Assembly (NCBI GenBank): GCA_002633005.1
Contig: NMRA01000453.1
Coordinates: forward strand, 298,116-362,115
DNA length: 64,000 nt
Reading direction: 5' to 3'
Source: Phoronis australis
Taxonomy: Eukaryota > Animalia > Phoronida
Position numbers and translations under genes: made by a program. Positions 62,301-64,000 of the stretch are shown piece after piece. Position 1 is the stretch's first letter. Each line of letters begins with the position of its first letter. Under the pieces are notes generated by a model. The model did no database searches. It had not been told where the DNA came from and saw nothing but the letters and a program-made list of their open reading frames with translations.

Positions 62301-63795
62301 CAAGTGGGACTCTTTCTTGGACAGACTCTACTGTAGTGTGCAAAACCTGTACCATACGGCGTTGCTCCTAACTTGTTAAAGTCTATAGCCAACAGTAAGT
62401 TGGGAAGATGACCCCAATATCTTACACGACTGATTGACTGCATTCTGGTATTTATGGTGGGGGGGCTAGCTCTCTTTTGTTCGATAATTGCTCTAATCTC
62501 CAGCAAGATAACATCTAGCCTGACTGGACTGTTCTGTTAAAAATAAAAGTTAAGTTATAACAAATTTGAACATAAACCAATATAGCATTCCTGAAATCCT
62601 CGTCAAATGGTGATAATGTTTAGTTTTTGAATCGCCAAAATCGCCCAACTACAACCGAAGTTACGACATTATATTCTTTCCGAACGTATACCGATTCGCT
62701 CTGGGTTTGACTGTGTTCACACGTGGTCTGCTACGAGCCTGGTAGATAATTGGATGCCTGTTGTCATACCAAACAAAGGAGTGTGATTGGCAGTTAACAA
62801 AGTAGCTAGATGCTATCACACGCTCACCACCCTCTACTTACAGACCGCAAATGTGCACAGACTAAGACAATTTGTGATTGGCATGTTGTTGCAAGTTGTC
62901 ACAACTACAGGGTTTCGGCAGTTTGTGCAGTTACGACACAGTAATGCCTAACAATGTGACATTCATCATCATGAGATTAAAAGGCCACCTTGTCTAGAGA
63001 ACAAATCAGCTAGTCTTTCATGTTGCATCCTGCGACAAAACTTAAAACAGCTAATTGTTTAAAATGACTTATTCGTACTAAAACGACCTGATTTCGGGCT
63101 TCAAAAGAGGAAGCCTCTATACAAATATACGAGTGTGGCAAAAGAGCGCGGCCTTTACGTGTTACTATAGGAAGCTCCGTCAGAGGGCAGCAGAAGAACG
63201 AGGCCTGCTGTATTAATATGGCGGTCACGATTTAAGGACTCCCAACAATAATAGAGACGGACCCCGCAATCATGGTCTGCCTTTTTTCACTTTCGTTACC
63301 TTGAAGAGCTTCGGCCTTGTAGCATGACAGGAGCTACGAAACACATACATCAATAAAACTGAAGTAACAAGGTGTTCATATGAGGTACAGACCCCCAGTA
63401 TTGATTTGAAGACAGTTAGTTTGATTTTGGCTAATGTCTGATGGGAGACTGTTCAACATAGCAGAACATATTCTCTTGGCCTTTGGCACAGTGAGGTGTA
63501 GTTGGGACGTAAATTCATGACCAATGTTTTCGAAAAGATAGAACACTTTCCGCTACCACACGATGGACAACAAACGTTGTTAAGAACCTCAAAAACAAGT
63601 TTGTGAATCATATAAACTTCAAGTGTTTAACGATAACTAAAAGTTGGACGCCTACTGTAGTTTTTCACATTTTAAAAGAACTTACTCATTATAAAGAGTG
63701 ATGTCAGGTATCCACACTTTCTTGGGCGATATAATTAAGGACGTAACTCCGTCAAACCGGGCAGGGTCCCAATGTAAGTATTCGTCCGTCCAATA
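53040..63795 (-). CDS. Nicotinic acetylcholine receptor alpha subunit copy B, 5' part outside the window; complement(join(53040..53378,55233..55441,60772..61037,61789..62061,63686..63795))
   Basis: Exon sizes identical to copy A (339, 209, 266, 273, 110), splice sites intact, no stops, Cys-loop and YGCC retained. Confidence 0.92.
55233..55441 (-). CDS. nAChR copy B exon 7
   Basis: [38 protein letters not shown]. Confidence 0.93.
56527..56688. mobile_element. hAT5-like MITE
   Basis: CAGGGGCGGATCCAG..TACGCCATTG; flanks GCTGC / GTTGC; similar to 32798-32956. Confidence 0.7.
56700..56975. repeat. (CTG/CTA)n microsatellite
   Basis: Directly visible. Confidence 0.9.
57045..60160 (+). mobile_element. 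Kolobok-type element (same family as 20908-22351) with a nested insertion
   Basis: TTAA at 57041-57044 and 60161-60164; TIR AGGAGAATGCCATCC / GGGTGGCATTCTCCT; THAP remnant at about 57209-57425. Confidence 0.85.
57426..58886. mobile_element. Nested insertion with apparent 8-bp TSD (hAT- or P-like); left end lies in the gap
   Basis: GTCTTACC at 57418-57425 and 58887-58894; copy A is uninterrupted here (GGCTTACCAAAGAA). Confidence 0.6.
60772..61037 (-). CDS. nAChR copy B exon 6
   Basis: [47 protein letters not shown]. Confidence 0.95.
61789..62061 (-). CDS. nAChR copy B exon 5
   Basis: [40 protein letters not shown]. Confidence 0.95.
63686..63795 (-). CDS. nAChR copy B exon 4
   Basis: [36 protein letters not shown]. 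Confidence 0.94.
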
Positions 63796-64000
63796 CTGAA
63801 ACACTCAAGTTTTTATATTGGTCAAGTATCTAACGCTACGGTTTCAAGTGGCAAATCTCCATTTTAAAAAGTATCCTGATTTGGCACAATCACCTAAATA
63901 TGGCCATGTCGCCTGTAGTTTCATCATAGTGCCTCACTTGTGAGATGAAAACAATATTCAATGAACTTGTTGAAAAATTAATATCGCCGACACGGGTGTG

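Overview
Eukaryotic genomic DNA, probably from a marine invertebrate (inferred from gene and transposon content), with GT-AG introns and three assembly gaps (9607-10573, 30932-31002, 57426-57956). It holds a 6-exon + strand gene for a 387-aa signal peptide-CAP(SCP)-EGF-like-ShKT-Thr-rich-GPI protein. This gene lies tail-to-tail with a complete 8-exon - strand nicotinic acetylcholine receptor alpha subunit (alpha9/10/alpha7-like, 474 aa, copy A). A second, tandem paralogue (copy B, exons 4-8 visible) runs off the right edge. A decayed copy of CAP exon 2 shows that the duplication also carried part of the CAP gene. Copy B has a charge reversal in the pore (E20'K). The same Kolobok-type element sits in the same intron of both paralogues but at different TTAA sites. 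Introns and spacers also carry ISL2EU (YqaJ + DDE), Academ-like, IS3EU-like and Penelope remnants (the last with a hammerhead motif), several MITEs, a foldback element, a mixed-orientation repeat array and microsatellites. All calls were made by eye with no database searches.
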